From assembly GCA_964016885.1 (NCBI GenBank), contig OZ024743.1:65534001-65598000 (forward strand): 64,000 nt of DNA, in the 5' to 3' direction. The stretch is from Eledone cirrhosa. Taxonomy: Eukaryota. This document shows, piece after piece, positions 13,801 to 27,670 of the stretch (positions within the stretch are counted from its first letter, which is position 1; every line of letters begins with the position of its first letter). The notes under the pieces are model-generated. The model was not told where the DNA came from and ran no database searches. It was given only the letters and a program-made list of their open reading frames with translations. The position numbers and the translations under genes were made by a program.

Positions 13801-13866
13801 TATTTTATCTGATGAGGAGGTACTGAGGAAACAGCACAGTACCTCTGATATATATATAATAAAATA
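13801..13866 (+). ncRNA. Type-I hammerhead ribozyme with one core substitution (GAAA to GATA)
   Basis: TATTTTAT-CTGATGA-GGAGGTACTG..CAGTACCTCT-GATA-TATATATA-ATAAAATA: 8-bp helix I, 10-bp helix II. Confidence 0.75.
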
Positions 13867-13906
13867 TATTTGATCACATGAATGTCTATATTTATTAATA
13901 TTCTGA

Positions 13907-13976
<70 letters not shown>

Positions 13977-14570
13977 GACGTAAAATATGAAAATTTTAAA
14001 AATTAACTTACTAAAATTTTCACTCCAACTAATTAGTTTCTGTAAGGGAATAAATATAGTTACGCAACGCAACTATAGAGAAGTCCTTACGTCATCAGGG
14101 AGTCTATTCTCAGCTAGGTTCCCAGGCAATCCGCGGACACTAGGAACCCATATAAAAATAATAATTCAGTGGATGGAATAAAGCTAGCGGGGACTAAATT
14201 CCAGGGCACTGAAAAAATTCACTGCCTACTTGGTCAGTGGCAAATTCTAAAGAATCAATCACGTGACACTGAGCACTGAGGTTAATCAGTGAGGGTGGGG
14301 TGGTATTATGACAAGAGCCTAACTACTACCATGAACCATAGCAGTAAATTTCGGCAAGTTTTGCTCAACAAATAATTTGGAGATAAATATAGAGAATTAG
14401 TATATCTACCAACATATGTATACAGATGTATACCCATGCTAGCAAATATATATGTTATGTCTTAGTACCTTTGTGATTCTATGCATGGGGATGCAGAACA
14501 ATTATATGAAAGACGTAAAATAAGAAAATTTTAAAAATTAACTTACTTACTAAATGTTGGTAGATATAAT

Positions 14571-14690
<120 letters not shown>

Positions 14691-15029
14691 TTCAATGAAA
14701 AAAGAAGACCGGATTCCAAACTGCAGCAAGAAGACAAGAAAAATAAAATAAATAAGAAAAATAAAATAAAACAAACTATACCACCCATCGCTGATATTTT
14801 GTTTATTTTAAATCTAAAATGTGTATACTCCAAATCTTTTTCTTTCTTTTTCCCGTGACCCCAGAGGGCTTCCTAAGGGCGCCATATTTACATACGGCGT
14901 TTCCAGGGCATCTTTAAACCTGGCGGAGCCCATTTCTTCTCCAGGTTTGAACGTAGCAGATGTCTTCCAGAGAAGGATAAAGAATGAGAGAATAGAAGCG
15001 AGAAAGAAATATGGAGGAAGAATCAGTCC

Positions 15030-15170
15030 GGTATTCGACTGGTACATTTTTATCGACCCCGAATGGATGAAACACAAAGTCGAGTTCGGCGGGATTTGAA
15101 CTCAGAGAGTATAGACCTATCACGAGTAAGCGTTCTATCAGACGTTCTAACGACTTTGTCTATTCGCCGT
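15030..15170 (-). mobile_element. SINE S1 diverged copy
   Basis: GGCGGGATTTGAACTCAG and TTTATCGACCCC motifs. Confidence 0.7.
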
Positions 15171-15550
15171 CTTGTGCCCCAAATTCAAATGATAACAAGA
15201 GTTGATCATTATAAATTACAACTGAGATAATCGGAAGGTAGTAAATAAGTGGACATCTATTCTGGGAGAATGTGTTAAGCACTACATTAAAGAGTCTCTG
15301 GCCAATATTTACATTCTTTTAAAAAGAAATCGGCTGTGTTCTGACTTGGAATGGTATGGGATCAACCAGTTTTAAAATACTGAAGACACGTTGTATACCA
15401 CAAATTTGAGTATGTGTTGGTTTACCGAAATTTCAGTATGCAGGGTAGAGCACTCAACGAAGTGCGCAGGTGGGTCTGTTTACTCCGGAGTAATTTAAAA
15501 ACAAGAAGGGTAAGTCAATAGGAGAAGATTAACTTCGTTTATTCATATTC

Positions 15551-15609
15551 GCTGTTATATATATTTCGGTGATAACCATTATTTAACAGCTATGACCTCA
15601 CCAGACAGC
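15551..15609 (-). ncRNA. Type-I hammerhead ribozyme, A6G core variant
   Basis: GCTGT-CTGGTGA-GGTCATAGCTGTT aaat AATGGTTATCACC-GAAA-TATATATA-ACAGC; homolog of 59405-59459. Confidence 0.72.
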
Positions 15610-15901
15610 TAGAAATTGAACAGAAAAAAACAGAAAAACATAATGATGGTACAAAGTTTACCTCCGTTATTTCGATCTGCCCAGTCCTGAAGAATGGTGT
15701 TGTTTTCTCAAAAAAACTGGTGGCATTTGATTTAGAATGAACGAATTCAAGCATCAGTAGAATTTACCTTCCTCTCATTGGTCAGAATTAGTCTCACCAT
15801 TCTAATACCAAGTCTATTGAATTTCTTAGGTCAGTTGTCCTGCATTCAGGTCAGTTGGTTAGGGTTGTTTTTAGCAACCAACAATAATAACTGTATATAC
15901 T

Positions 15902-16018
<117 letters not shown>

Positions 16019-16053
16019 TAGGATTAGTGCTCTGAAATAGCGATGAATACAAG

Positions 16054-16400
16054 AATGTATGTATAGTATATTTGGCAATATACCGTATGTTTAATTAAAA
16101 ACATTTTGAAGACATGGCGCTATCATTTAAAATTTTTTCTGGACCGGCAAACGCTCTGTATAATCAGTTCCTGATTATTACTGGAATTCTATAAGAATGC
16201 AGCCTCTATAATTTTCGGCCGAGTCGGGGAGTACGTTGCTCTGAGGAACACCAACAGTGTGAAACTGAATCTGTCAGCTTCTCTCCCTTCCTTTGCCGAA
16301 AAAAGGTGTGACTTAGTCACTACTTTAAAATGATAGCGTAAGGTCTTCAAAATGTTTTTAATTAAACATACGGTATATTACCAAATATACTATACATACA
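16054..16400 (+). mobile_element. HHR-bearing element with ~58-bp terminal inverted repeats (family D)
   Basis: 16054-16112 is inverted to 16342-16400; homologous element at ~23860-24335. Confidence 0.65.
16238..16278 (+). ncRNA. Type-I hammerhead ribozyme
   Basis: GCT-CTGAGGA-ACAC caaca GTGT-GAAA-CTGAATCTG-TC-AGC; canonical GUC site, short helix I. Confidence 0.7.
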
Positions 16401-16888
16401 CATATATATATACTAGACCTGAAAAATGCGCAAGCTCAAAAGAGCCACAGAATGTTATAATAAACCTTCAAAAGTGTGGGACTAGAGTTGTTGCTCAAAA
16501 ATATTGTAATCATTTTCTATCGTACACACTGTGGCATCCTTTTATAAAAAAGAGACTCATAACGAACTCAAGACGACACGATAATTATTTAAGCTAATGT
16601 TCAATATCTCATATTAGATGTTTAGTAATGATTAATACGAAATGCACTTAAACCGAATTATATATTATAAATTCCCTTAAATAATTATCGTGTCGTCTTG
16701 AGTTCGTTATGAGTCTCTCTCTTTTTTTTTTTTTTTATAAAAATACGCATATATTGTCAGACAACATGCAGACTTAAAACATTCTGTTGTTAGTCACACA
16801 TTTCAATCTCTGTTATGAGACAAATGTGGGTTTTTTTTTTGTTCTTTTTTTCGTCAATGTCGGTTCTCCAGCATAACCTCATATATAT

Positions 16889-17087
16889 GTAAAAGGTAAA
16901 CAGATATAACAACACAAGTACAGTATATTGAAAGAATATATTAGGTTAACGCTTGAAATAGCAGGAAGAGGCTAGTCCTTCATCAGAAAAAAGAATGAGA
17001 AATAAGATAGATTGAAGGGACGGGCGGTGTGGAATTGGAAAATATGTCTTTAGATAAAAATAACAGGTCCATTCATGTTGACATTCT
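16889..17087 (-). mobile_element. Family B copy 3 (CTGATGA intact, GAAA half deleted)
   Basis: Homologous to 4592-4812; lies between inverted repeats ~16800-16881 and ~17111-17219. Confidence 0.7.
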
Positions 17088-17581
17088 TTTAGCCTTTCCA
17101 GTCGACGGGCTGAGGTTATGCTGGAGAACCGACATTAACAAAAAACAACAACAAAACAAAGCAAAAAAAAAAAAACCAACAAAAATAACCAACATTTGTC
17201 TCATAACAGAGATTGAAATCCTGTCCCTTAGAACCGTACCTCTACGACTCTACTAAACGTTAAGGGCCAGTTAACTTTATTTATGCCTTGGGCTGTTTTT
17301 TAAAAATTCAATTTACAATCACGTGTTAGACACAGACCTCAGTTTTTAACGAACAGCAGTACCGGAGTATGTAGCCACGTGACCGGAGAATTGGAAAATT
17401 ATGTTTACTTCCCTTTATGTTACACCTTCTGTGAGCTCTCATCTCACGAACCAGGAAACTACAGGAGTAGTGTATTGCATTGTCCTCTGTATCATGTCGT
17501 GTTTTTCATAGCACACAGACACATACACACATACACACATACACACATATACATACACACACATACACACATACACACATA

Positions 17582-17632
<51 letters not shown>

Positions 17633-17747
17633 CCTCCCCCTATACACTCACACACACAGACACACACTTACACATACACACAACATACTCACACACACAC
17701 ACAAACACACTCACTCGCACTCACACATTCACACACACACACACACT

Positions 17748-17802
<55 letters not shown>

Positions 17803-17967
17803 ACACACACACACACACACATACACACACACACACACACACATTCTCAAAGTTACTCAATACTTCGTAAACGAACCAGTCTTTAGTATTTAGTATTTTC
17901 ACAGTTATACAGTCAAATGTGTGACATAAAATGAAAGCGCAAATGTGGCTATTCTTTCTATAAGGCT

Positions 17968-18020
<53 letters not shown>

Positions 18021-18093
18021 GGGATATAGAGAGATAGCTAGATAGTTAGGTAGCTAGATAGATAGATAGATATATATATAGAGAGAGATAGAG

Positions 18094-18125
<32 letters not shown>

Positions 18126-18201
18126 GGGGAGAGAGAGGGAGATAGATAGATAGATAGATAGATGGATAGAGAGAGAGAGAGATAGAGAGAGAGATAGAGA
18201 T

Positions 18202-18967
18202 ATGTTTCTTTATTAGCCACAGGGGCACAAAAGAAGGGGACAAATACAAAGGGGGAAGTTTACATACAATAAAAACGTGTAAAATATTATCACAAATGCA
18301 ATTTAAAAATTAATCGATTTTCCCCAATAGGGGGAGACATTTCATATGGGTAGCACATACCCCCGAAAAAATGTGCAACCCTCATCTCCAGGAGTACGAA
18401 GAGTGAGTACCCTTTCCTCTCTTCCTTTTTTTCCTCAACCTACAAGCTGATATAGAGAGAAGGCCCATTCACTCGGGCCATTCTCGCCACTTTCACCCAC
18501 CTTTCATAAAACTTGCTGGGGTACAGCACCTCTCTCTCCATCCTGATTCTTCTTCCAAAGTGATATTTGAAAAAAAAGAATCAGTTGTTGGCCGGAGAGA
18601 AAGGTGTCTGACCTCAGCCCTTTCAACCTTGTCCACCATAGAACCTCTCTCGCCATAGCTATCACACAAAGGAAACCGCCTCTCCTTTGTTTTTGAAGGA
18701 GGGTGGCGGATTGATCATGACAATGGACTTGATGGTCAACCGGATTGGTCCCACCCGCAACAATAGTCGTTCCACATACCCCCACAGGTCGGTAACGCCC
18801 GGGTAGTGTACGAATGCGTGCGCGACGGTTTCTTCGTCTCGCACGCATCTCGGACAGAACTTTTTCGAAGGTTCCCTGCCCGGGCGCCCATGTCTGTAGA
18901 ACTTCCCTCGAACTGGTAGAGCTCCTCGGTAGCACTGCCAGGCCAGGGACTTTTGGAAATTGTCCAT
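18202..18967 (-). mobile_element. Tx1-clade non-LTR retrotransposon, short 3' fragment
   Basis: MDNFQKSLAWQCYRGALPVR..CPRC..H matches the C-terminus of the adjacent long copy; (TCTA)/(TC) repeats on both sides. Confidence 0.88.
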
Positions 18968-18973
18968 AGATAG

Positions 18974-19005
<32 letters not shown>

Positions 19006-19051
19006 GTATTTATATATATATATATAGAGAGAGAGATAGAGATAGATAGAT

Positions 19052-22000
19052 ATGTTTCTTTTATTTGCCACCAGGGCATCAAAAGTGGGACAAGTACAAA
19101 GGGGGGAGTTTACACAAAAAGGCGTCCTCAATAAGGAGGAGGCAATAACAAAATATAAAAATAAAATAAAATATAACAAAAAATAAAATTTATAACAAAA
19201 TCCTCAATAGAGAGGAGGCGCCTTGGGGGGTCGCACACACCCCCGAAAAAAGTGTGCAACCCTTTTCCTCAGGAGCACAGAGAGGGGGTGCTCCCTCGTT
19301 CCTTCCTCCTTTCCACCTACAGGCTTATGTAAAGAGAAGGCCCATTCACACGGGCCATTCCCGCCACTTTCACCCACCTTTCATAAAAACGACTGGGGTG
19401 GAGCACCTCTCTCTCCATCCTGATCCTTCTTCCGAAATGATATCGGAAGAAACGGACCAGTTGTTGGCCAGAGAGAAAGGTGCCTGACCTCAGTCCTTTC
19501 AGACGCGTCCACCATACAACCTCTTTTGCCATGGCTATTACGCACAGAAACACCGCCTCTGCTTCATCTTTGAAGGGGGGAGGCGGCTTGATCATTACAA
19601 TAGACTCGGTGGTCAACCGGATCGGTCCCACCCTTGACAGCAGTTGTTCGACATAGCCCCACAGATCGGCTACGCCCGAGCAGTGTACCAATGCGTGTGC
19701 AACGGTTTCCTCGTCGCACACGCATCTGGGACAGATCTTTTTGGCGGGGTCCCTACCCGGGCGCCCGTGTCTGTAGAACCTTTCTCGAACGGGTAAAGCC
19801 CCTCGGTAGCACTGCCAGGCCAGGGACTTCTGGAAGTTGTCCATAGGTCCCGGGCTGAATGTCCTACCGAACAGACTGGCCAGTTCGTCCTCCTCCATGT
19901 CTAGGGCTTCTCCGAGGGCGTCGTCGCACCTGCTGCGTACCAGCCCTCTATAGAATGTTGCGGTGGAGTCTCCACTGATAACCGGATCCGCCTGCCAGAG
20001 GGCGGTGAGCGCCTGGGCACACTCAGTGTGCCAGGCGCCCAGTTTTCTCGGTCTTTGCTTGACCCAGGATTGCAGCTCGGTGAGTGAGACGAGTCTGGGA
20101 AAGGCTCGTCTCACAAACGAGGCCCACACCGGTTGACCGGTGAGGAATACGTAGAGGTGCCGTAGCCTTAATGCGTGTTTACGCATCATTAGCCACGGCA
20201 TCCCCAGCCCTCCTTTCGAAGGGTGTTGACAGCAGATGGATCTCCTCACCATAGGAGCCCGCCTCTTCCAAAGGAATTGGAAGAGTGCGCGCTCCATCTT
20301 GGTGAGGGTTTCCCTTGGGCAGGGCACTACGGTCAGGCGGTAGTAGATGACGGACGCTATGTAGGTGTTCGCCAACTCCGCCCGACCTTTCAGGGATAGT
20401 TTGCAACTGGCCCACTTCTGGGTCAGTGCAAACACCCTGTTCGTAACCTCCGCCCAGTTTTTCTCCACCTGGAGGTCCGGTCCGAACCAGACCCCGAGCA
20501 ACTTCACCGGGCCCTCCGTCCAGCGTCCGACGACGCCATCGGAGGGCATCGGTCTGCCCCTCCACGTGCCGAGTTGCAAACCGATCGACTTGTCCCGGTT
20601 CAGCTTAGCCCCTGTGAACCTTTCGTACTCCTCCAGTAAGGTGCCGACCGCCTCGATTCCGGAGGCCGTCGACACCATTACTGTCACGTCATCGGCGTAG
20701 GCCGACACCGCTTTCCGCAATCCCGGTTCCAAAGGGATGCCCTGCAACAACTCCAACTTCCGCAGTAGTGGCTCGAGAGTCAACACATACAGAAGGGAGG
20801 AGAGAGGGCACCCTTGTCGGATGGACCGCGCGATTTTGAACGGCTCCGAGAGGTAGCCGTTCACCTTGACCCTAGAGCAGATGCGGCTGCTGTGCATAGC
20901 AGTGATCCAGCCCCTGAAAACGGGTCCGAAGCCTGCCGCCGCTAGCACCGCATCCAAGTAACCATGGTCGACCCTATCGAACGCCTTAGATTGATCCAAG
21001 TTGATCAGAGCCCCACCAAAGCCGGGTTCGTTCCCAACCCTCTCTATGATGTATCGCATGAGGTGGAGGTTGTCATGGATGGACCTGGACGGGATAGCGC
21101 ATGTCTGCGCATCTCCCACCAGGTTGCCCACGACAAGCGCCAACCTCTTTGCTAGCACCTTGGCCAAAATCTGTAACTCTGTATTTAGCAGAGTTATGGG
21201 CCTGAAGTTACTTATTTCGTCCCCCTTGTTCTCGTCCTTCCTCACTAGCGTGACTACGCCCTTGGTCACAGTACAGGGAATTCTCCCGTTCTGTTGCCAG
21301 TTGCAGTAGACCGCCTCGAGGAGATCGGGGAACAAGTCCGGCATAGCTAGATATAATTCGTAAGGAAGACCATCGAGACTCGGGGATTTGCGTTTGCCGC
21401 ATTGGCTCAGCACGTCCTCTATCTCAGCGGCCGAAATCGGCTCCTCGCAGGACTTCGCCTCCCTGTCCGAGAGGCGCGGCAGGCCGTCGAGGTATGGACC
21501 GAAGTCCACGTTCCCAACCGGCTCCCCGCCCCTCCCGAACAGTCGGGCAAAGTGCCTTTGAAAGGCCTCACACATCTGCTTAGGCTCAAGAATCGCCCGT
21601 CCATCCAGGTCTCGCAAAGACCGGATGGTGGATTTAGTTCCACTGTTGGCCTCTGTCACGCGGGCCCAGCTAACAGCTTTGGTCCCCTCGTTCCCTAGAG
21701 CACGTATTTTACTTCGGACAACGCAGCCTTCGTGCTTCGCGTCGAAAAACTGGCTCAAAGCCGTTCTCGACGCTAGGACTATGGCCACGTCGCCGCTTCT
21801 AATAGCCTCTTCTACTCTATCTATTAGCTCCCTTTCCTTCCTATTCCTATCCGCAGCTAGAACCTTTCTAAATTCTATCGAGACTACTCTAATCTCTCTC
21901 TTTAGAGATACCCACCACCTGCTGTTGACGATCGCTCCAGTCAACCGTTCCTTAACTAACGTACTAATCCGATCCCTGTAGGCTCTACTTGCCGGCAAGG

Positions 22001-22590
22001 ACAAGTTGAGCTTCCAGTAACCGGGGCCCTGTCTATGCGTTCTATCAAGGTTGACCATGCAGGTCACCAACTTGTGGTCTGAATAGCCAACCATGAGCAT
22101 TTCTGGACAACTTAAAAAGTCCCTGTCGTTATTTCTAACTAAAAATCTATCTAGGTACGACCTAGATGATCCGCTGCGATTTGACCAAGACCAGGTTGGC
22201 ACCGTCGGAAAATCTAGTCGAAATCTATCGGTCAGGTCAAATCGGCCGAGTAACCCCTTGAGGCTGTTGCACCCCTCTCTATCGGGACATGCCCCTGCAT
22301 AGTCCCAACGTGCATCCAGGATACCAGTCCAATCCCCCACTAAAAGCAGGGAACGGGACGTCCCTAGAAAAGACTCCAGACGCTGGAAAAAGTCGGGCCG
22401 CTCAGTCCCAAAAGAGGCATATGCGGCTACCAGCCTAAAGGCTCTACCTTCACCACTGCCAAGGTCCAGCACCACCAGTCGACCCCCTGGGTCCAAGTGA
22501 ACTATCTGTGTTGCAAGGCCCATATGTTTTTGCAGCAGAACGACAACCCCACCCCCACCTCCGGGCTGACAGAGAGATGCGTGCATAGGA
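19052..22590 (-). mobile_element. Tx1-clade (L1-group) non-LTR retrotransposon, 5'-truncated ORF2 (19317-22586, 1089 aa open)
   Basis: APE C-terminal half (LVGDW, SYLDRFLV, YSDH), GPGYWKLN, RT (FRPITLLN, DQSKAFDRV, QGCPLS, YADD), zf-RVT CPRC..H..C; 3' end AATAAAAGAAACAT joined to TC-rich repeat. Confidence 0.95.
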
Positions 22591-23338
22591 GGACGCGGTT
22601 GATTGGTTTGGCGCGGGGGGGGGGGGGGGGGACGTCCTCCGTGAAATTTATTTTCAGTGTTTTGTACAAGTGCATTGGGACTTTTATCATTTTTAAATGA
22701 GGTAGTCCCACAGCAGTTTTAAAGTTAGTTTTGGACCGAAGGGTTTACTGAAATTGTTTTCCGTAATTCTTTGTTGTCTGTGTTCATGTATGTATATTGT
22801 AAGGTCTTTTTTTGTGTAGCAGATAGTGTTGTGTGACAGGGAGGGGTGATAGATAGATAGATAGATAGAGAGAGATAGAGATAGAGAGGGAAAGAGAGAG
22901 AGAGAGAGTGAGAGAGAGAGAAGGGGAGAGAGAGAGGGAGAGAGAGAGAGGGAGAGAGAGAGAGAGATAAGGGGTGGTGGCACAGAAAGAAAAAGAGAGA
23001 AAAGGACAGGAGATAGAGAAAGACCGAGGGAGAGAAACAAAGAGAGAGAGAGAGAGAGAGAGAGGGCGGAGAGAAAGAAAGAGAGAGAGAGAGAGAGGGA
23101 GAAAAGGAGAGACAGAAAGAAATATCAATATTTAAGTAAAAATCGATAAAATGGTTAGAAAAACAAATCAATTCTCAAAAAATAGTGCAAAGAAAACAAA
23201 TGTAGAAGAAAAGAAGTGAAAAATAATCAAAAAACAAAACCAAATATAGAAAAAAAGTAATTAAAAGAAAATATACACTAAAGAAAAAGCAAAATTACAG
23301 ATGTCGTCTCTTTTATGACAACTAAAGCGATTGACATA

Positions 23339-23409
<71 letters not shown>

Positions 23410-23461
23410 TATACATATATATATATATGCATACATATATATACACACATATATATACATC

Positions 23462-23541
<80 letters not shown>

Positions 23542-23859
23542 AAAAATTGAACGGGAACAAAACAAAGAGGCAGTACGAACAAAGGTTTATTAGTTTCACA
23601 TATATATATACACACACATCATATATATACATCATATGTAATACAATAACAGAGATAGTTTAAAGCTAAACTCTGACTGGTAACCATCTCGCTCAACAAA
23701 CATTAGGTTATATTAAAATATAAACCCAATTTAAGTGTTTGGGGTGCTAACAATATGTATAATGTGGAAAAACCAGTTGTATTATTTTATGAGATATAAT
23801 TAAAGTTAAAGTATATCTCTCTTTCCAAACATATGTATGCATGTATATAAATGATTATT

Positions 23860-24328
23860 ATTGTTTCGCATTTATTGATGCTTATCAAAGCCAACTCCTC
23901 CTCCTGTTTGCTGAAATCATGGATGTTTGGTTCTTATAGAATTCTAGTAAATAATCAGGAACTGATTATACAGACCGGTTGCCGGTTAATCAGAAATTGA
24001 AAATTAGAATTTATGCTCTGAAATTGCTATATATATATGAATGTATATATAGTGTATTTTGCAATACACTGTATGCTTAATTAAAGTTCCTGATTATTTA
24101 CTAGAATTCTATAAGAACCAAAAATCCATGATTACAGCAAACAGGAGGAGTAGTTGGCTTTGATAAGCATCAATAAATGCGAAACAAGGCCTTGTCAGCT
24201 TTATCTCCCCTGTTTGCTGAAAATTAAAGTAAGTGAGTCTGTCACTACTCTAAAACAATAGCAAAAGGTCTTCGAAATGCTTTTAATTAAGCATACAGTG
24301 TATTGCAAAATACACTATATATACATTC

Positions 24329-24335
<7 letters not shown>
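23860..24335 (+). mobile_element. Family D element with nested inverted duplications
   Basis: ~23862-23962 inverted to ~24084-24187, and ~24030-24084 inverted to ~24282-24336. Confidence 0.65.
24156..24200 (+). ncRNA. Type-I hammerhead ribozyme with U3-A8 covariant core
   Basis: GGCT-TTGATAA-GCAT caataa ATGC-GAAA-CAAGGCCTTG-TC-AGCT; palindromic helix III, GUC site. Confidence 0.7.
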
Positions 24336-24364
<29 letters not shown>

Positions 24365-24933
24365 AAACTAATATATATGATGAAACACAAATACCAACAT
24401 ATCTGTATTTATATTGCAAAAGAATATTATTGCTCCTTAGGTCGAGCTGAACGTAGCCTCATATATACGGCTGTTATTTCTAGCAGTACGGTTATGAGGC
24501 TAACTAGAAACTGTGAACCATGTGCGTTACACAGTCTTTTAAATTATTTAGAAGTGAAGCATATCAATTTGTCCCTGGATGTTTACTGAAGAGAGCAGGA
24601 CATGATATTCCTTACACTTTTTCATCTCGAAACATATTTGGATTTTAAAGTTTAAACTTATCTACGGAACAGGTTTGATTTTGAAATTTAAATGTGTCTA
24701 AACATCATGGCCATTTGGCAATACAGTTCGTCTTTGTTGATTTATTATTTTAAATCGATATGGACAAACTGTAATATTATAATTACTATACTTCATTCTG
24801 GCTAAATTTTCTTTTGCAATATAAATACAGATATGTTGGTATTTGTGTTTCATCATATATATTAGTTTATACACGGCTCAGAAATATTTCTTTCTTTGAG
24901 CTAATTTCATTGTAAAAGAATTCATTACACTTA

Positions 24934-24972
<39 letters not shown>

Positions 24973-25079
24973 CACATATATATATACACACATTCTCTCA
25001 AATATGCACATACATACATACATATATATGTATATATATTGCATATATATATATATACTGTATATATATATATATTTTT

Positions 25080-25885
25080 TTTTTTCCACACAATACAATT
25101 AGTTAGCACCCCGAACGTTTAATTAGGAATATACTCACTTATTTCCTAATGTTTGTTGAGTGAGTTGGAATTTGGCCGGAGTATCGCTAAAAGCTTTCTC
25201 CGATAATGTATTTATATATTTACTCTTGGTGCAGCAGATATGAACTTCCCGATATAAGGTTTGACTGTCTTTGTTTATTTTTTTATATATGAATATTGAT
25301 TGTTTCTTGTATCTCATTCTGTTATTTTGCCCGAGAAAATATCTGTGTGTCATCAAACGATGTATACATATGGATATTTTTTCAAGTTCCAATTGAGTTC
25401 TAGCACGTGGCCTGAATTCCTTTTAGAATTCATTGTCCTGCGCATGTATTGTTTTTTTGGCGGTAATATACTTCCTCATTTTTGAATCAGTTTGAGTATT
25501 TCTTTAGAACTGTTGGAGTAGCAATCTAACAGATACCTCAGGCACTGATGGTGATTATGGCTAAATGCTGATATTAATTAGATTATCAATATTAGTATTA
25601 TTGGGCACCCACTGAAGAATAATAGGTGTCCACTTGAATATGTATCTGTTGATCTTATACAAGCTCCTACATAAATTGGTATAATTTCACTTAAATTGTA
25701 GGAAGAGATATATTCGATATATCTCATATGAAATAATACAGCCAATTTTCCACACAATACAATATAGTTAGCACCCCGAACGTTTAATTAGGAATATACT
25801 CAGGTATTTCCCAATGTTTGTTGAGTGAGTTGGAATTTGGCCGGAGTATCGCTAAAAGCTTTCTCCGATAATGTATTTATATATA
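25080..25885. mobile_element. Repeat module with ~140-bp terminal direct repeats (~665-bp period)
   Basis: ~25080-25220 matches ~25746-25885; relatives in opposite orientation at ~23645-23830 and ~48800-49105. Confidence 0.6.
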
Positions 25886-27536
25886 TATATAAAATTTCTG
25901 CAAATTATGTAATCTTGAGATTTATTACATAATCACACACAAGAAGAAACTGCTTAATAACAGAATTGAACGAACATTATTCTGCCGTCACCGAACTAAA
26001 ACCCTTTTTTCCCCACTACAAGCTGAATATTACATAAACGAGGGACATCCTCCTAACTATACAAATCCTCAATCTCTTAAGAGTCAATGGCCATCCAAAA
26101 TCACCGGGAGAGATGACCCCTTAGCCTTTGTCAAGACAGAATTCTAGGAGAAGGAAAACTCTGATATAACACCTGCAACCCTGATGGTATCCAATGATGT
26201 TGACTTGTTCTTCTTTTTGGTAAATATCATCTTGGTTAAGAGAGTGGGACTGGCTTTGTGCAGTGCCTTTGCTCACTATAAAAGCTTCACGGCACATGTA
26301 TTGCTTTATATCTGGAGATCTCTCTGCACTTGTCATCTTGATGTGGAACTCTGGCTGGCCGTAGCCTAAAAAGGCAAACTACATTACAATAAAGGTACCT
26401 AACACAATTGAAGTAAATGGCAATAAGGGCTCTGGATCAGCATCATATGAAAGGGTCTACCCGGCAGGTGTCCCAGGGCGCCGCAGTCTGAGCCTGGTCG
26501 TCATCGGTCTACTGTGTGCAAACCACTCAATTTTGGGTGCTGGACCTACACTCGTTCAGCGCATCGGTAGGGATTCTCCTACATGGATATAAAGTAGTGG
26601 CCGTACTCAAAACGAGTTGGCAGCCACCACCATGTATGTATGTATGTATGTGTATGTATGTATGTATTTATGTATGTGTGCACCTGTGTGTATGTAAACA
26701 TACACACGCACACACACAGAAAAACACACGCACAAACACGCACACACATATATTATTGGAAAATTGGCAACAGGCACTGTGAAAACCTGACAGAATTGCA
26801 GGAACGGATAAAAATAAAAGACGAGACAGTAGAAGATACCAAAATAGTAACCTGGCCAGGACAAACAACTCCCTAGTCATCGGATGTCGAAATGGACTTA
26901 GTTCCAACCCTATCTACTGGTATATTTGGGGTCACCGTGTCTAATAAGACACTCTCGGGTCCCAGATAATAGCGGTTGGTGGTGGAATAAGCTAGGATGG
27001 TGGTTGTTTGGTGGAAAATCGATAATTTTTTTAGGTTGTTTCCCTTGATTTTTTAAAAACTAGAATTAGTCGTTTAGTTTACATATTAAAACTCCAACAC
27101 ATCCAATTTATTTTATAACTTGTAACGTTTTTTTTTGTCATTTATACTGTTTTTATAAATAAATTGTCACAGGAATGCTACCACTTAAAATAAAATTTCA
27201 CCCTAAATAGATGAGCAAAATTTGATAGAAAAATGTGAAAAATTAATAGGCCGAGGGTGGGGACCGATTATTCGAGACCCGAGAATAGTTAAACAATGTC
27301 TTTGAATATTTTATAGGACCAAGGCCAAAACGATAAATAAACCATAGATAAAGTAAACAAAATAAAGAGAAACTTAATTGAAATTATAGGACGATGACAT
27401 GTGAAATATAAATCTATATAAAGAATTTCTAGTGAAAAAGAAATCAATAGAAAAAATTAGGAAATCAAGCATAACACACACACACGCAGACACACACACA
27501 CGCACACGCACACACACACACACACACAGACAGACA

Positions 27537-27670
<134 letters not shown>

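Noticed and set aside
14085-14102. CTGATGA on the minus strand
   Set aside because: No helix II or GAAA follows.
24586-24645. CTGAAGA-GAG..CTC-GAAA-CATAT HHR-like motif
   Set aside because: Helices I and III do not pair.
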